Numbered from the stretch's first letter, positions 13,557-29,350 are shown. The stretch is 64,000 bases of DNA from Chrysomallon squamiferum (GCA_012295275.1 CM022675.1:9238001-9302000); one strand, 5' to 3'. Numbers and translations are program-made. The notes: generated from the sequence alone by a model not told the origin.

Positions 13557-14403
13557 TTCCCGAATTTAATTGCATATGTTATAATTTCCCAGTATTAAAA
13601 GAAAAATAATCTTTATAACCAAAAAAGAGAAATGAAAAAAATAAAATAAAATTAAAAAAATGAAAAATTAAATTAAAGTTATTATGATTTAAAATCTTAG
13701 ATAATTTTTTTTATAGAGTTGGTATTTATTAGTATTACTATTATTATTGATAGAGTTTTTATTGTTGTGTTTGTTATAATAATAATAATAATAATAATAA
13801 TATATATAATAATAATAACAACAACAACTATTATTATTACTACTATTACTATTATTATTATTGTTATTATTATTATTATCATCACTACTACTACTACTAG
13901 TATTACTGTTTTACTATTATTGTTATTGCTATTATTATTTCGATTATTATCATCATCATCATCATCAGATATATATCTATATATATATATTACTTTCGTT
14001 ATTATTAACAATTATCGAGATATTTCAGTGTTTTTATTGCAATACGGAGAGCAGGAATTATTCACTGCTTGTTACTGAGAAGGTCACGAGCCTTAAGAAT
14101 GTAAATTGTAACTAAAAATGTGTCATTAGTCGAGTTAATTATGCCATAACGAGCCTGGTTGGGTGTACGTTTTTGCCAGCCAGTGTTTAAATATGGTATT
14201 TACCTCACACTGCAGTTTTGTGTACGGCTGTATGTACGGTTTTTGCTGTCAGGTGAATTTATGTTACCTTTGTCGTGTGAATTTAATTGTAGGTCAGAGT
14301 TTTTGTAAAAGGTTAAATTATGAGTCAGGAGAGAGTTATGGGAATAGGAGATAATTTGTTTACCTGTTTTGATAAGGGTTTTTTTTTTTTTTTTTTTGAT
14401 TGT

Positions 14404-14439
<36 letters not shown>

Positions 14440-14516
14440 GGCTGAGAAGGGATGGAGGGTGAGAAAGAGGGAGAGGAGTAAAATGTATGTGAAATAAAGG
14501 TGTCCACTCATACAGT

Positions 14517-14568
<52 letters not shown>

Positions 14569-14852
14569 GTATAGTGCATGTAGATAGTCATATATTTTTT
14601 AAATTTTCAAGCTGCTTTTTATGTCTGTATTTGCATGATGGAGAGAGTGAGAACAAATGTTTCAAAACACACACACACATTTATGAATACAAATTTTATG
14701 CAGTCAAATGTATTTTGTATATGTGTTCTTGTTTGTTTGTGTGTATATTATATGACTGTATATAGGTGTATATGTAGGTGTGATGCAAAGTTATGTAGTC
14801 ACACCTATTTTATGTGACAGAATAAATGTCTGTATGTGTGTCTGTATGTGTA

Positions 14853-14895
<43 letters not shown>

Positions 14896-15277
14896 ATGTG
14901 TGTATATATAATATAAATATATATATAAATATGTATATATGTATATGTAAATACAAATATATAAATGTATAGGTATATGAGTGTGAGTGTGCGTGTAAAA
15001 AACATCCCAGTATGCACATTGCACATAATAATTACATCATTGTAAAATGGATATGGTTTAAAATTGACTAATCATAATAAGATTTGAAGAAAACAACAGT
15101 AAATGATTCATTTCATGAATCCTGAAAGGAAATGTTTCTCTTCCTCTTTTTTATTTAATTTTTTTTTTTTTTTACAGTTTTTATTGACTCAAAGACATTC
15201 ATGTTATTAGTAATGTTACAATTATAGTGCATTAGATGTTTACCATACAGTTATTTTAAAACAAGACAATACATTAT

Positions 15278-15690
15278 ATTACAGTATGAAATAAAGGAGT
15301 TACAACAGTATGAAATAAAAGGAGTTATGATGGTATGAAGTATAGGAGTTAAGTATGAAATCAAGGATTTTTTTTTACAGTTTGAAATTATTACTGTATG
15401 AAACAAAGGAGTTAAACAGTATGAAATAAAGGCATTTTTACATAATGAAATAGAAGAGTTTTCACAGTATGAATAAAAGAATTATTAAATGAAATAAAGG
15501 AGAGTTATAAGGGAATAAAGTAAAGGAGTTATTACAGTATGAAATCAAAGAGTTATAACATGAAATAAAAGGAATGACAGCAGTTATAATAAAGGAGTTA
15601 TTACAGTATGAAGTAAAGTTATTACAGTATGAAGTAGAGTTATTACAGTGTGAAATAAAGGAATTATTACAGTGTAAAATGAAGAGATTG
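15278..15690. repeat. Minisatellite, ~20-25 bp unit ACAGTATGAAATAAAGGAGTTATT
   Basis: About 15 diverged copies read directly. Confidence 0.9.
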
Positions 15691-16058
15691 TTAAGGAATA
15701 ATTTAGACAAGGAATTTAGACTGAAAACAAAATGCTAATGTAATATCGAGGGTCAGAGACATGGTTCTGAGTACATATTTTCAAATAATTTCCTTGTATA
15801 GGTAGAGAAAATAAACCCAAGTGATTGCTGATTCCTTCTGTGTGCCCAGCTCTGCTTTTTGAATAAACATTTCTGCTTTTTGTCCTTTTTAAATTTTTTT
15901 CTATTTTTTTATTATTATTATTTCTACAAAATAACTGATGAGAAACTCTATTCGGGCCACGCAAGAGCGGCCATTAATATTCATCATTCCTGCACTGTGG
16001 CGAGTACTCGGGTTTTTAGCTGATCGCACTCCAGTTCTGATCTTTGTTTGTTTTGCAG

Positions 16059-16085
16059 TGATCGAGGAAGTTTGGTCGAGAGAAA
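16059..16085 (+). other. Candidate 27-nt microexon
   Basis: CTGAT branch-like site, TCTTTGTTTGTTTTGCAG acceptor, 27 nt, then weak donor AAA|GTAACT, inside a CpG-retaining island. Confidence 0.2.
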
Positions 16086-17473
16086 GTAACTGTATGATGC
16101 GTTGTAAATATTGATTATGCTGTATGATATTAATTCGATTTTAACCATAAGCACTCGATGTTTCAGGTTACCGTTGTCGAATGCCTGCCCATCCAGTAGT
16201 TGGATGGATGCATTTCTCAGTTTCCGTTTTTATAGATTTTTATATAACTTCTTGTCTTGGTTGTCCAGTCCCATTGGGCTTTTTTTTTTTTAAATATATA
16301 TTATATATATATATCTATATAATGTGTGTGTGTGTGTGTTTGTTTGTGTGTATAAACTTTATAAACTGGTGTATTTGTGAAAGTTTTGAGTAGACGTGTC
16401 TGAAGAAGGGTCATGAAGAAAACGATTATTTGAGTCATCGAGTTTGTTCAAATACTAAAGATGTTTGATGAATTAGACACGTTTGTTGAATATGGATAAT
16501 ACGAAATGTTGAATGTAAAGTTTTGTAAAAGGTAATGTAATGTAATCTAATGCATTGTAACGTATAAGGCGGTGAAATGAAAAAATGTAAGATAACACAG
16601 CAGAGAATGGCATAACATGACATTACACAATGAAACGTAAGATCATTAAGGAAGATTCGAGGCTGAAAGTTATTATTAAGTCTATCAAAGAAAACCCCAG
16701 ACAAAACTGTGAATACATTTGAAATGAAATGATATCAAATGAAAAAGAATCGATTAATGTTAAGTTATCAGTACGAAAGAAAAGTTGATATGTCATTAAC
16801 ATAACAACAGCAAGCAACAACATATGCAGCAGTTTAGATTTTGTTATGATTTAAAAATGTTACATCTATAACTTGAATTTTTTTTTTTTTTTTACAAAGA
16901 TTGATGATATTTTTACAATCAAATTAGAAAGAAATAAAAGCAAAAAAAATAAAAAAAAAAAAAAAAAAATAAAAAATAAAATTCCTATGACAAATAAAAC
17001 TGACACTTATTATTATGTGATGATGATGATGATGATGATTGTGATAATGATTATTAAGATGATGATGTCTTTGACACCAAAATATCTTCCAAGACCTGAA
17101 GAATATATATTTCTCAACCATTTAATACCATTTCAGAAGAGTCATCGATGACATTAAGGAAATTAAAATCACCTTTGTTAATGACACATCACAGTTTTCA
17201 GACTGAGTTTCACACTTGTTTGAAATCGGAGTGTGTTTTTCTCCGAAACCGCAGGAAGATGTTCCGATTGGAAATCCTTTCTTTCATATGAGTATTTCCC
17301 CTTTGAAAAATCTCACATCTAGGTAGAGGTATGCTTGACACAACCAGGAACTGGCTGAATCAATAGGAGGTTAGGAATTGATTGATCAGATTGAAGAAAT
17401 TTCTTAAATGTCGGTGCTCGCGAAGAATAAATGATCAAAGATTTTTGGTTAATTTCGTTAAATCGTCATCAGT

Positions 17474-17505
<32 letters not shown>

Positions 17506-18985
17506 CTTGAAAAGGAAAAAGAAAGAAAGAAAGAAAGAAAGAAAAAAGATAATTGCTAGTGATTAATTAATTTCTGTTTTATTTGTCAGTGGAATTGTGG
17601 TATTTTTTTATTTTTATTTTTTTCTAATTTGATTGTAAAAATCATCAGTCTTTGTCTTAACCTTGTTTTAATGTCACCTGCCTATTGAGATAAGTCATCA
17701 GTCTCTTTAATTATGACCTGCATATAAATGACACTTGTAGGTTACACACAGAAATGGTGTGTTTTGTTAACAGTTGAATTGTTGCCTTTTCAATAAATAT
17801 ATAAATAATCTCTCATGGTATGTACTGACATGTAATATTGGAAAGATAAATGATGTCTTAAATAATTATAAAAGTATATTTGCTGCTTACTTATAAAATT
17901 GTTTGATTTTCTTTGTTTGAAACAGAAAGATCATATGTGTGTGTGTGTGTGTGAAAGATCATTTGCTGCCATAGGTAATCGGTAAAAATGAATTTGCTGA
18001 TTATATGAATATAATGTGGTTGTTTTCTGTTGGTATTACATGCAATACATCAATTGCAGCTTTGAACAATAAATAAAAATAAATCTACTTCTTTTAGATA
18101 TAATTGTGTGATATCCTCTGTTAAGAAATACACATGAATTTTCCATTGAAGCTACAAATAGTATATAAACATGATTTTGGTGCTGTATATAAAATATTTT
18201 CAGCCAGAAGCTAGTACAAGTGATATTCTCTGTAAGGAAGTATGTATAAAAAAATCCATTGATGATCTAAATAGCATATAAAAGTGATTTTGTTGCTTCT
18301 AAATTTTATGAAAGTGTATGATTTGTTGTGTTGGAATTTATATGCAAAAACATCTGTGATTAAAAAAAACTAAATTTGATGATTATTTAATGGAAAGTAC
18401 ACATAAAGGGTGTTTTGCTGTTAGATAAATTATAGATTGTTTTATGGATAGTTTAAAATGAATCAAGACTGAAAATATTTTTGTACAAATCATTAGTTAT
18501 TCAGTGATACACTGGGGCATTATTTTGAAAATGTCTTTTTCCATCTTGATATCACTATTAAAAATATATATTTGTTATTTTCTGTATTATATATATAAAA
18601 TATAAATATAAAAATTTGACAAAAATACAGATTTAAAAACTAAAACATAAAAAAAAAAAATATATGTAGATATATAAAATTAAAAACATTTGAAAAAAAA
18701 GAAAGAGAAATTTTTTCAAAAACCTGTAGTGAAAAAAAAGAAAAAAAAAAAAGATGACTTCTTTGTTAGGTGAAATTATTGCAGAACTTTGTCTCCAGAC
18801 TGGTTTCTGGCAATTCCATCATCTTTGGTGTTTTCCACCTTCTGTTTTAGAGCACCACTTCTCTGCATGTTACTTACATTTTGACACTTTTAATAGCTTT
18901 GTTCAGCTTCTTGTAATAAGATCCCACAAAGACTTTTCAAACTGTCGCCAAGGTAACACGTTCCTGGAATTCTTTTAAAAAGGAG

Positions 18986-19028
<43 letters not shown>

Positions 19029-19142
19029 GTAAGTAAGGAAAATGAATCACCATGACGACTGTCTCCCAGCATGCCATGTGAGGTGTAATGCAGTTGATGG
19101 AGTGTGGTTGATCATGTGATAGTCATGTGATACTTAAAACAC

Positions 19143-19152
19143 CTGTCAATCA
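19143..19152 (-). promoter_or_regulatory. PBX-MEIS/PREP decamer TGATTGACAG overlapping CACCTG
   Basis: CTGTCAATCA on + is an exact reverse complement; CACCTG at 19140-19145. Confidence 0.5.
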
Positions 19153-19737
19153 TCTGCTTTCAATAAATGTTGTGACTAACAATGATGTTTTATGAAATTG
19201 AGTTTGTTTCTAATCAAGATATTGCTTCTATTTTTTTTTTTTTTTTCCCATTTTTTTTTTTTTTTTTTCTAATCTATCATTGCCTAACTTATCTAATGGG
19301 GCAAATTTAATTTTGCTTGTGGGTTTTTGTCTATGATTTTTTGGGGTGTTGGGAATTTGTGATTTTCTTTGGTTGCAGTTACAAGAAAAATTGTCAATCT
19401 GTTTTTATTTGGATCATCACCCCATAAACAATAAAAAAATAAATAATAATAAAAAATTAATAATATTTATTATTATTATTTTTTTTGATGTGATATATCT
19501 TATTATTATTTTTTTGATGTGATATATCGAAAGAAAAAGAAGAAGAAGAAGAAGAGTAATAAAAAAAAAAAAAAAAAATTGTTTGAAAGTCTATAAATTG
19601 TTAAACATATAACATAATGTTTATAGGACTATACTAATAAAGATTTTTATTATTTTTATTTATTGTGTAAAATCCCCAAAATAGCAACAGAGTAAAACAG
19701 AAACTGTGAGAACAAACCCACCCTATCCCATAAAGGA

Positions 19738-19768
<31 letters not shown>

Positions 19769-20900
19769 CTAGAACAATAACAAAATCAAAGACAAAAGAA
19801 ACAATAAGAAAATAAAATAAATACACACACACAGCTCCCAAATGTAATAACAGAATCCATAAATCTTCCAAAATATTTGAATAATTAACAAATTTATTAA
19901 TCTATCTTTTTTCTTTTCTTTTCTTAAATATTTTTTTTATTTTTTTTTAATTTTTTTTTTATCTTTTGCATTTAAATGTTTAAAATTTTCTCTATTTCCA
20001 ACAAACCATTTTTCACATCTTTAAATCATGAAAAACCCAAAATTAGTCAAAACACACTCTTTTTAAAAAAAAAAAAAAAAGAAATAGAAGCAATATTTCA
20101 AACTTTGCCTCTCTCTGTCACAAATAACCTGCTTTTCTCTCTCATAAAAATTCCACCTCTGATGTGTTTGTTTTTTTTAAAAAGTTTTGTGACAACCCCC
20201 ATTTTTTTTACTCAGTAAGAGATTTGTCTTCTTCTGGGTCTTTTAAACCATCAGAATTCGAACATGTTCATTTTTTTTCGCTTCTTCAAAACTGTTTTAA
20301 TTTTTTTTTATATTTAACCCCACCCTTCAAAAAAAACCTACAAAAAAAAACCAAGTGAATTTTTTTTTTTTTTTTCAAGCATTGGTTCATATCGGTTCTT
20401 TGCAGCTCTTTTCAGTAATTTATGTGTCTAGTGTACGTGCATGTGTTTCTGCATGTCAGTCGCAGGTTGTCTTAGTTTGTCTTTGGTTGAGATTTTCGTA
20501 TCAGAAAAAAAAATATGGCGGTGATAAAAATTGTGATGTGTGACTGGTGTTCTTTGTTGTTTTGTTTTAAAATGAAAAATTTCAAATGGTTTGTATACTT
20601 TGAAGAACTATCTCAGATTTCTAAATGCATTGACACCCATATTTTAGCTTTTATTTATGTATTTATTTATTTGACAGTTTGTTTGTTTGTTTGTTTGATA
20701 ATACTGAATTTTGTTGATTATATTAATAAAGATATATATTTTGAAATTTTATTGTCAATATTATTTTTTATTATGCTTGAAATAATATTAATTTTATGTG
20801 TGTGTGTGTAAATAACACAAAGACAGTATATCATATTGAGATATTAATATGTAGAAAAAGTACATTAAGAAATTAATTTATATAGAAAAGGAACATAAAC

Positions 20901-20984
<84 letters not shown>

Positions 20985-22265
20985 TACAATTTAATATGCC
21001 ATTATAATTTAATATATAAACATTGATAAATAAATATTGATGTATAAAAAAAATGCATTGAAAAATTAATACAGAAAGAAAAACAATTCAAAATACAGAC
21101 AGCATATTATTTATAGGTTGTTAGATTTTGATTGTGATAAACATTTCTGTGTGAGATTAAAAGCCTGTGAGATAAGGAATCTGTGAGACAAAAGATTTCT
21201 GTGTGAGATACGAATGGTGATGTATGACTAATGACCTTTGTTTTAAAAGTTCTAACGGAAATTTTCGAAATGTTTGTGCTTTGAAGTAAGGTCGTTAAGT
21301 TTCACGTTGCAGTGACAGACAGCTTTGTTTAAGTAATCGACAGTGTTTTTATTTATTTATTTATCAGTTTATGTGTTTATTTGTTTATTTATTTTATTGT
21401 TTAAGTATTTGACAGTATTTTTTTAAAAATTTGTTTGTCAGTTTATGTATTTATTTGTTTGTTTGTTTCTTTTATTTATTTATTTATTTTTCTGGTTATT
21501 TATTTGTTTATTTATTGTTTAAGTAACTGACATGATTTATTCATTTGTTTGTTTATTTTTTGAATAATTAACTATTTTTTTTTTTTTTATTATTATTATT
21601 TTTTTTTTTTTTTTTTTTTTTTTTTTATTTATTTATTACAATATATATTTCTAAATGTTTTCCTTGCATTAAGGTGTGTGTTGAAGATAAATTAAATCAT
21701 TTAAAGAACAGGATCAAGAAATTAATTGGCAGTTAGGTTACAGTATGCTGTAGACACAGATGTTTATCTTGCCAAAGTTAATTATCCAAAACGTATATAA
21801 CCATTTAAATTACAGTTATTAATATTTTATACATTCCAAGTAAACTTTAAGCTCGTGACCCTTAATCTGAAGAGAATTTACTTACAAAATTGTTTAAAAT
21901 CAGGAAAGGCACATAGTCGTAATTATTTTTTTAAAAGCAGTCAAATTATATATTTACCACCATGCTCTGGTACAACCTGTCAATGGGTCCTTGATAATCT
22001 GAACCAGAAATGATGAAGTATTTAAAGTTAATTTACACAAGATTTTTAAAATTATATTAAAATAAAACAGTTATTATTATTAAAAAAGTATAATATATTT
22101 CTTACATATTTTACATAAGACTTTTAAAATTATAAGATTATAAAACAGTTATTATTATTATTGAAAAAGTATTATGTATTTTAAAAAATATAAAATTTAT
22201 GTTTGGCTTAGGTATGCTGCCTAACAAGGTTCATTTACAAGACATAAAATAGTATGTGTATATGA

Positions 22266-22314
<49 letters not shown>

Positions 22315-23012
22315 AGTGTCCGTGCAGTTACACATACATGTTATTGTGAATTAGCAGTTTCTGCTGTAACATGCAGTATTCTTTACATGAACTAACTTTA
22401 TTGATTTGCTTGATTATTTACAACAATTTGTCTTCTTTAGCTGGACATTTATCTTAGTACTATATTTCTGATACCTAAAGAGAGAGAGGAGAAAGAAGAA
22501 GGAGTAAATTAAAAAAAAAAAAAAGGAACAAATTCTAAGGAAAAACGTTTTAGCCTAATTGCTAAAAAACGTTTGATAAACTGTTGTCACTTTTAATGAT
22601 AGTTAGCTGGTAATGTTCAGCAGTTTATGAAAATTGATTATTTTGTTAGGATATAAGCCCTTCCCTCTTCCAAATTTTTTTTTTTTTTTAAAATGCACAG
22701 ACAAATTAATGTATATACCATGTAAATGTGCATGCATATACCTACATTCACAACAAAAACATACTAAATACACTTACATATTAGCCAAATATTGACAGCA
22801 AAAGAAAATACTGTCATTTTCAGGGTGACTTCACCAGTGAAAAGTATGAAAAAATATAAATGTTTATAGACAGTGAATTTCGAGTGTTTTTTTTTTATAA
22901 CATGCACACACATGCACATACATACACATACAAACACACAAACATGCATGCATGCACACACATAAACACACACACACACATAAACATAAACATACATATA
23001 CACACACAAATG

Positions 23013-23050
<38 letters not shown>

Positions 23051-23601
23051 AGGTTATAAAACACATAGTTGACCATTTAAACATACATAACATATACACA
23101 CGCATGTAACATACACATTTTATATAAACTAGCCAACAGGAAGAATATACTGCCCTTTTTCTGTAATGCTTTACCAACAACAGCCAACAGTTTAGCAAGA
23201 AAAATTGATTTATTTTATAACACACGTACATTTTATTTGGTTAGGAAATACCATAAATATTAGTTGAGGAAATGGTTTGACCAGTTTAAAGCTTTATTCC
23301 AGCTATTTGAGATATAAACTAGTGCATTGATGAATAAAATAAAATACTTCCCTAGCTGTAATGTCCACCCACATTCAAATACAATTTTAAAAATATTTTT
23401 TTGTTTTGTTTTATATGGATTAAATTCTAGTAAAAGGCTTTGAAAGATACAGCAGCCATCTTGAATTAATTTTATATTTAATAAAGATTGAGGTGATTAT
23501 TTTGGCTGTTATGCTGAAAATGATGATGAAATGATGATGATTTGATATATTAATAATAATTGATATTTCTTGCATATTTCATATAAGAAAACAACAAGAA
23601 G

Positions 23602-23634
<33 letters not shown>

Positions 23635-23744
23635 TGACTACTTCTACTACTATTAATTAATTGAATTAAAAAAATAAGAAATAAAATAAGACCAAATAAT
23701 GACAGAAGTAACAGTAGTAGTAGTCATAATTAATGTAAAAATAA

Positions 23745-23781
<37 letters not shown>

Positions 23782-24304
23782 GTGTGTAAATATACGTACC
23801 ACACATGTATATATCTATGTATTTTTTAATTACAGAAGTGATAAAATAATACAATAATATTTGCTCTGACTGTATGTACTCTTGCTTGACATTTGATTAA
23901 TAGTTTAAAAAGATTACAATAATAAAAAAAAAAGTAAAATAAAAATAAAAAAAGGAACAAAAATATGAGTCAAAATGCAGCAACAAAAAAAAAAAAAAAA
24001 ATTAAAAAAATTAAAACAACCACAACATGAATATTGCTTATTCTTAACATTACAGACCGGTCCCTAGCAACCAATTAACATATTTTTTTTTTTTTTTTTT
24101 TTTTGTTATGAATATTCACGACCCTCTGGGAAATGTGAATATTCAAGGTGTTTTGTCCTGCATTGTGAACACAAAACAGATGTGACAGTTTTCTGAAAGA
24201 TAACCGTTTTGTCAATTGCTTGTAGGAAAGTTCATATCCATCAGCTGTCATAGGAAGACGGTTCAAAACCCAGAGGAGCATACCTTTTTCATTTTGGCCA
24301 TCTG

Positions 24305-24344
<40 letters not shown>

Positions 24345-24410
24345 AAAATTAGACATAGGTTCAGGTTTCAGATATTATTCATACTTTGGTGGCATTGTGA
24401 AACAGTAATA

Positions 24411-24444
<34 letters not shown>

Positions 24445-24737
24445 ACAAAAAAAGAGGAAAAAAACAAAACAAAATAAATAAACATATTTGGTTGACATCT
24501 TAAACTAATTTTACAGTCATTAATTAGTATGTTGAGGTTTTCTGTAAATCATTCATTCATTTATTTGGGTTGATGGGAATGTGTATATTGAAAATTTGTG
24601 TGTATATTGCTGGTAATTAAAGGAAGTTTTAAATGATATTTTATTTACTCTCATATAAATCTATTTAACACACACATACTCATACCTACATAAGAACAGA
24701 TGCACTTACATTTATACATTCATGAACACACACACAT

Positions 24738-24784
<47 letters not shown>

Positions 24785-25317
24785 TATACACTTACATATT
24801 CCCCCATATCCCTCCACAAACCTTAACTCCTTGTATCTTAGTATTTAATCAATCTGTTTTATTCACATTAAATGAATTATTTTAAACATGTTCATTCATT
24901 TATTTTTTTTTGTTTTTTTTTTTTTTTTCTTTCTTTATATAAAGAACAGATAATGTTAAAAAGTTAATATAAAACATCTGGATGTCACATAGACTTTTAT
25001 CAGGAAAACGTAAATATGTTATAGCGTTGGATATTATTACGTATTGCATTTCAGTCACTTAATGGTGGTTTAACTCGAGATAACGTTCGTGCAGTGCTCA
25101 GGTGTCATAAGCTAATTTGAAACACCTTTTGTGTTTAAAAAAAATTATTTAGTCTTGTTGAAGAGGTTTGGTTTTTATGTTGTTGCCTATGCAGTGAAAT
25201 GTCTTTTTAAAATTTATTTATTTTATTGTTTATTTTATTTTATTTTATTTTATTTTTTATTTTATTTTATTTAAAATTGTTGTTATGATTTGTTTTCTTC
25301 TGTCAAAGGTTTATTGA

Positions 25318-25356
<39 letters not shown>

Positions 25357-25526
25357 TATTATTATTATTATTTTTCTTGTTGTTATCATTACTAATATTG
25401 CTACTTAAAAATAAAATATTAGTAATATTAATAAACATAATAAAAAATGTTTAAATAATCAAAAAAATGAAGAGAATTACAAAATTTATCTAATACTTCA
25501 AAGACAATTCTAATATATATTTATTT

Positions 25527-25585
<59 letters not shown>

Positions 25586-25711
25586 TCTCTCATACACACA
25601 TACTCTCATTAACTAATACCTGGACACACATTATTGGATATTGCTACAAGACCAGCTCTGCCTGCAAACAAACAACCACTGTGGGCTCGCTACCGTGGCA
25701 TGCTGTCTCCG

Positions 25712-25725
25712 GTTACCATGGCAAC
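25712..25725. promoter_or_regulatory. Consensus RFX X-box GTTACCATGGCAAC
   Basis: Exact match to GTTNCCATGGNAAC inside a GC-rich island. Confidence 0.65.
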
Positions 25726-25924
25726 CCAGGTTCCTGACAGAGGCGGTCAGCTACTGTCTGATAAATGTCATTTAAATTGGATTTTTCCCCCTTGTAATCT
25801 CTCACTCAGTAATACGGCTTTGAAAGATACCAGGAACAATTTCAGGTGTGTTTTCCACCCATAGGCTCTGCATCAGCATTTCCCTGGCTCTTTTCTAACA
25901 CTCTGTTTCCCCATCCTTCTTTAG

Positions 25925-26345
25925 CCTCTCCCTCTCCACCACCCCCACCCTGGAGTCTTTTCTGTCCCACTTTAGACCCATTTCTTTTTCTCTCTCCTTC
26001 TTCATCCTCCTTTTTTTTTTTACATATCCCTCTTCAAACCCCTTTTATTCATCTCTTTTTAACTTCTACCCTTTTTTTTTTTCCCCATCTGTCTTTAACA
26101 CCCCCCCCCACAACTCTTGTTTTCCATACCCTCTTCGGTGCCCCTCGCATCATCGCTAAACCATCCCATCCCTCTTTAGCAGTCCGCTACTTCTTCTCCC
26201 CCCTCCCGGCCCTCCCCCTGCCGTCTCCCCCCACCCTGCCGTGCCTCTCAGAAATCAGTTTGACTGATGTTTGTGTTTGGTGCCAGCGTTTCTGTGACTT
26301 TTAAATATGTAAATATGTAAGGAGTAAGAGACGGCCCTCGAGGTA
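25925..26345. promoter_or_regulatory. C-rich, CpG-containing promoter-like patch
   Basis: Multiple CCCCTCCC/CCCCACCC Sp/KLF-type runs, minus-strand G4 potential at ~26195-26240, and about 10 CpGs at 26135-26340. Confidence 0.35.
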
Positions 26346-27535
26346 ACCAGATATTGGTGGGAAGAAGGTGGAGAAGGAATTGGTTTTTCACAAAGACAGG
26401 TGGTTTTCATGGTTAAGGTGAAAGAGGAGGTACAACAGGAGGTTTTTGAAGGAGACGTTTTAAAAAAAAAAAAAAAAAAAAATTGAGAGGTTATGGTGAA
26501 ATGCAATTGAAGTTTGGTAATATGCTGTTGTTGGTTTGACCTGTTTTGAAAAAAAAAAAATCTTTTAAGTTGAAAGAGAAATTTATTTTTGAGTTTTGGT
26601 GATGGTACTGTTGTTGTTGGTTTGACCTTTTTTTGAAGAATCTTAAAATTAAAAGAGAAATATTTTTGAGTTTGGTAATAAACTGATGTTTTGATCTGTT
26701 TTGGGTATTTTTGAACTGAATGATTATGGTGAAATATTTTTGAATTTGGTTATTAATATTCTTTTGGTTTTGTCTGTTTTTTAAAGAATTTTGAAATTAA
26801 AAGAGAAATGTTTTTTTTGTTTTTGTTTTTTTTGCTAGTTAATAAACAGGTGTTTTAAGTTATTTTTAAATTGAATGGTTGTGGTGAAATATTTTTGAGT
26901 TTGTTAATAAAGTGTGACCTATTTTTGTTTCTTTTTAAATGATGAATATAGCTTTAAGCATTTCTGAAGTACTTTTAAAGTACTATTAGAAAAAAAAAAA
27001 AAAAAAAAAAAAATGGTAACTTTAAAATAAGTTAGATATATGTGCTAGGATTAGAGTTTGAATTAATATCTTTAATTTTAGTTAAAAAACCACAATAAAA
27101 TACCAAAACAAGCAAAAACACACAAAAAACACCCCCCAAAATCAAAGAAAAAATTACCCAAATAACAAACAAACAAAAACAAACAAAACAAAACAAAACA
27201 AAATTTGAAAAATCATTTCATGTTCATCCACTAATCTTTAAAATGATCAGTTTTCAAATAAAATGGATTTTTGTTTCTGATTACCTTACAATCAGAATGT
27301 CCCACCTTCAAACCACCTGTATAAATGAGATGTTTTCAAAACCATAACGTATCTTTCATTTTGACCATCATGGTTTTCTCTCCATTCCCCACTTGAAGAC
27401 ACAATCATTCATCATCATTCTCATGACAGAACATCTTCACATAATTCAAAATATCTTTGTTATCCCATCTCATCATTTCCTCTCACCCCCTCTGTCTTTC
27501 AAGCTTCTGCATATCTTTTGATTCTGACACCCACA

Positions 27536-28335
<800 letters not shown>

Positions 28336-28480
28336 TCTCTGTCTCTCTCTCTCTCTCTTTCTCTCCCCCCTCCCATTCTCCATGACCACCACACCTACAA
28401 GTCGGTGGCACCTTCAGAATGTCTGTAACCTGATCAGGTGTTGAAAGAAACTAGGACTGCAGCCACCGTGGAAATGGCCC

Positions 28481-28615
28481 ATGTCAAATGTTTACCGCCT
28501 GCCTGGTAGGGGACCGACCGCCAGTGCTGCCTGCCACGAACGAATCTCTCAAAGAGGTCAAAGCTATGTAAAAACAGGTTGCCTGCAAGTTTGCACAAAG
28601 AGAGAATTATGTCAG
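28481..28615 (+). CDS. Possible coding exon (45 codons) ending at a perfect donor
   Basis: ORF MSNVYRLPGRGP...RELCQ ends in phase 0 at CAG|GTGAGT, in a GC-rich island. No recognisable homology. Confidence 0.2.
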
Positions 28616-29245
28616 GTGAGTCTGTCTCACTATGATGCTGGCGAGGCACCGTTTGTGATAAAGAGAGAGAGAGAGCAAGAGAGAGAGAGAGAGAGATAGA
28701 GATAGATAGTCCCATCACGTTGCTAGTTTTATTTTTTTGTTTTATTTTATTTTATAATTTTTTTTTTTTGAATTTGTTCGGGAATGGTTACTTTAATGAA
28801 GAACAATGTTTCAGATACAGGTGAGAGTTTATGCTTGTGTTGTTTTTTTTTGTGTTTTTTTTGGCTTCGATGTTCTGTTCTGTTTGTTTCTTTCTTTCTT
28901 CGTGGGAAGAGGGGGAGAAAAGTAATTACAGGTGTGAGGTAAATGGAGATAATCAGGAGAAGGAATTAATTTAGGTTTGTTGATTTTATCTCGTGTTGCT
29001 CTCTTTATCTCAGTTTCTCTTTCACTATCTTTGGTTCTTGGTGTCACTTTTTCTGTTCCAGTTTGTTACTTTCTATGTGTGTGTATATATATATATATCT
29101 TTTTTTTTGCACCTTTGTTTCTAGCTTCTCTTAAATCTTGTTGTTTCTTTCTCATTATCTCTCACTTTCTCTTTCTTTCTCTCTCCCTCCTTTTAAACTT
29201 AGGTTATTTACCTTTTCATTTTCCAGTTAAATAATTATTTTACTC

Positions 29246-29276
<31 letters not shown>

Positions 29277-29346
29277 CTCCCTTCCGTTTCTCAATCTTTC
29301 CAAACCAGAACTAGATTATTCATCTTATATAGTACACTGCAAGAAT

Positions 29347-29350
<4 letters not shown>

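Noticed and set aside
18851-18952. 102-nt symmetric exon candidate (TTTTAG...AAG|GTAACA)
   Set aside because: The donor is weak and the peptide unrecognisable; such pairs are expected by chance in 64 kb.
25846-26304. 152-aa Pro/Phe/Leu-rich ORF
   Set aside because: Stop-poor because of the pyrimidine-rich composition; GTG start and no recognisable family.
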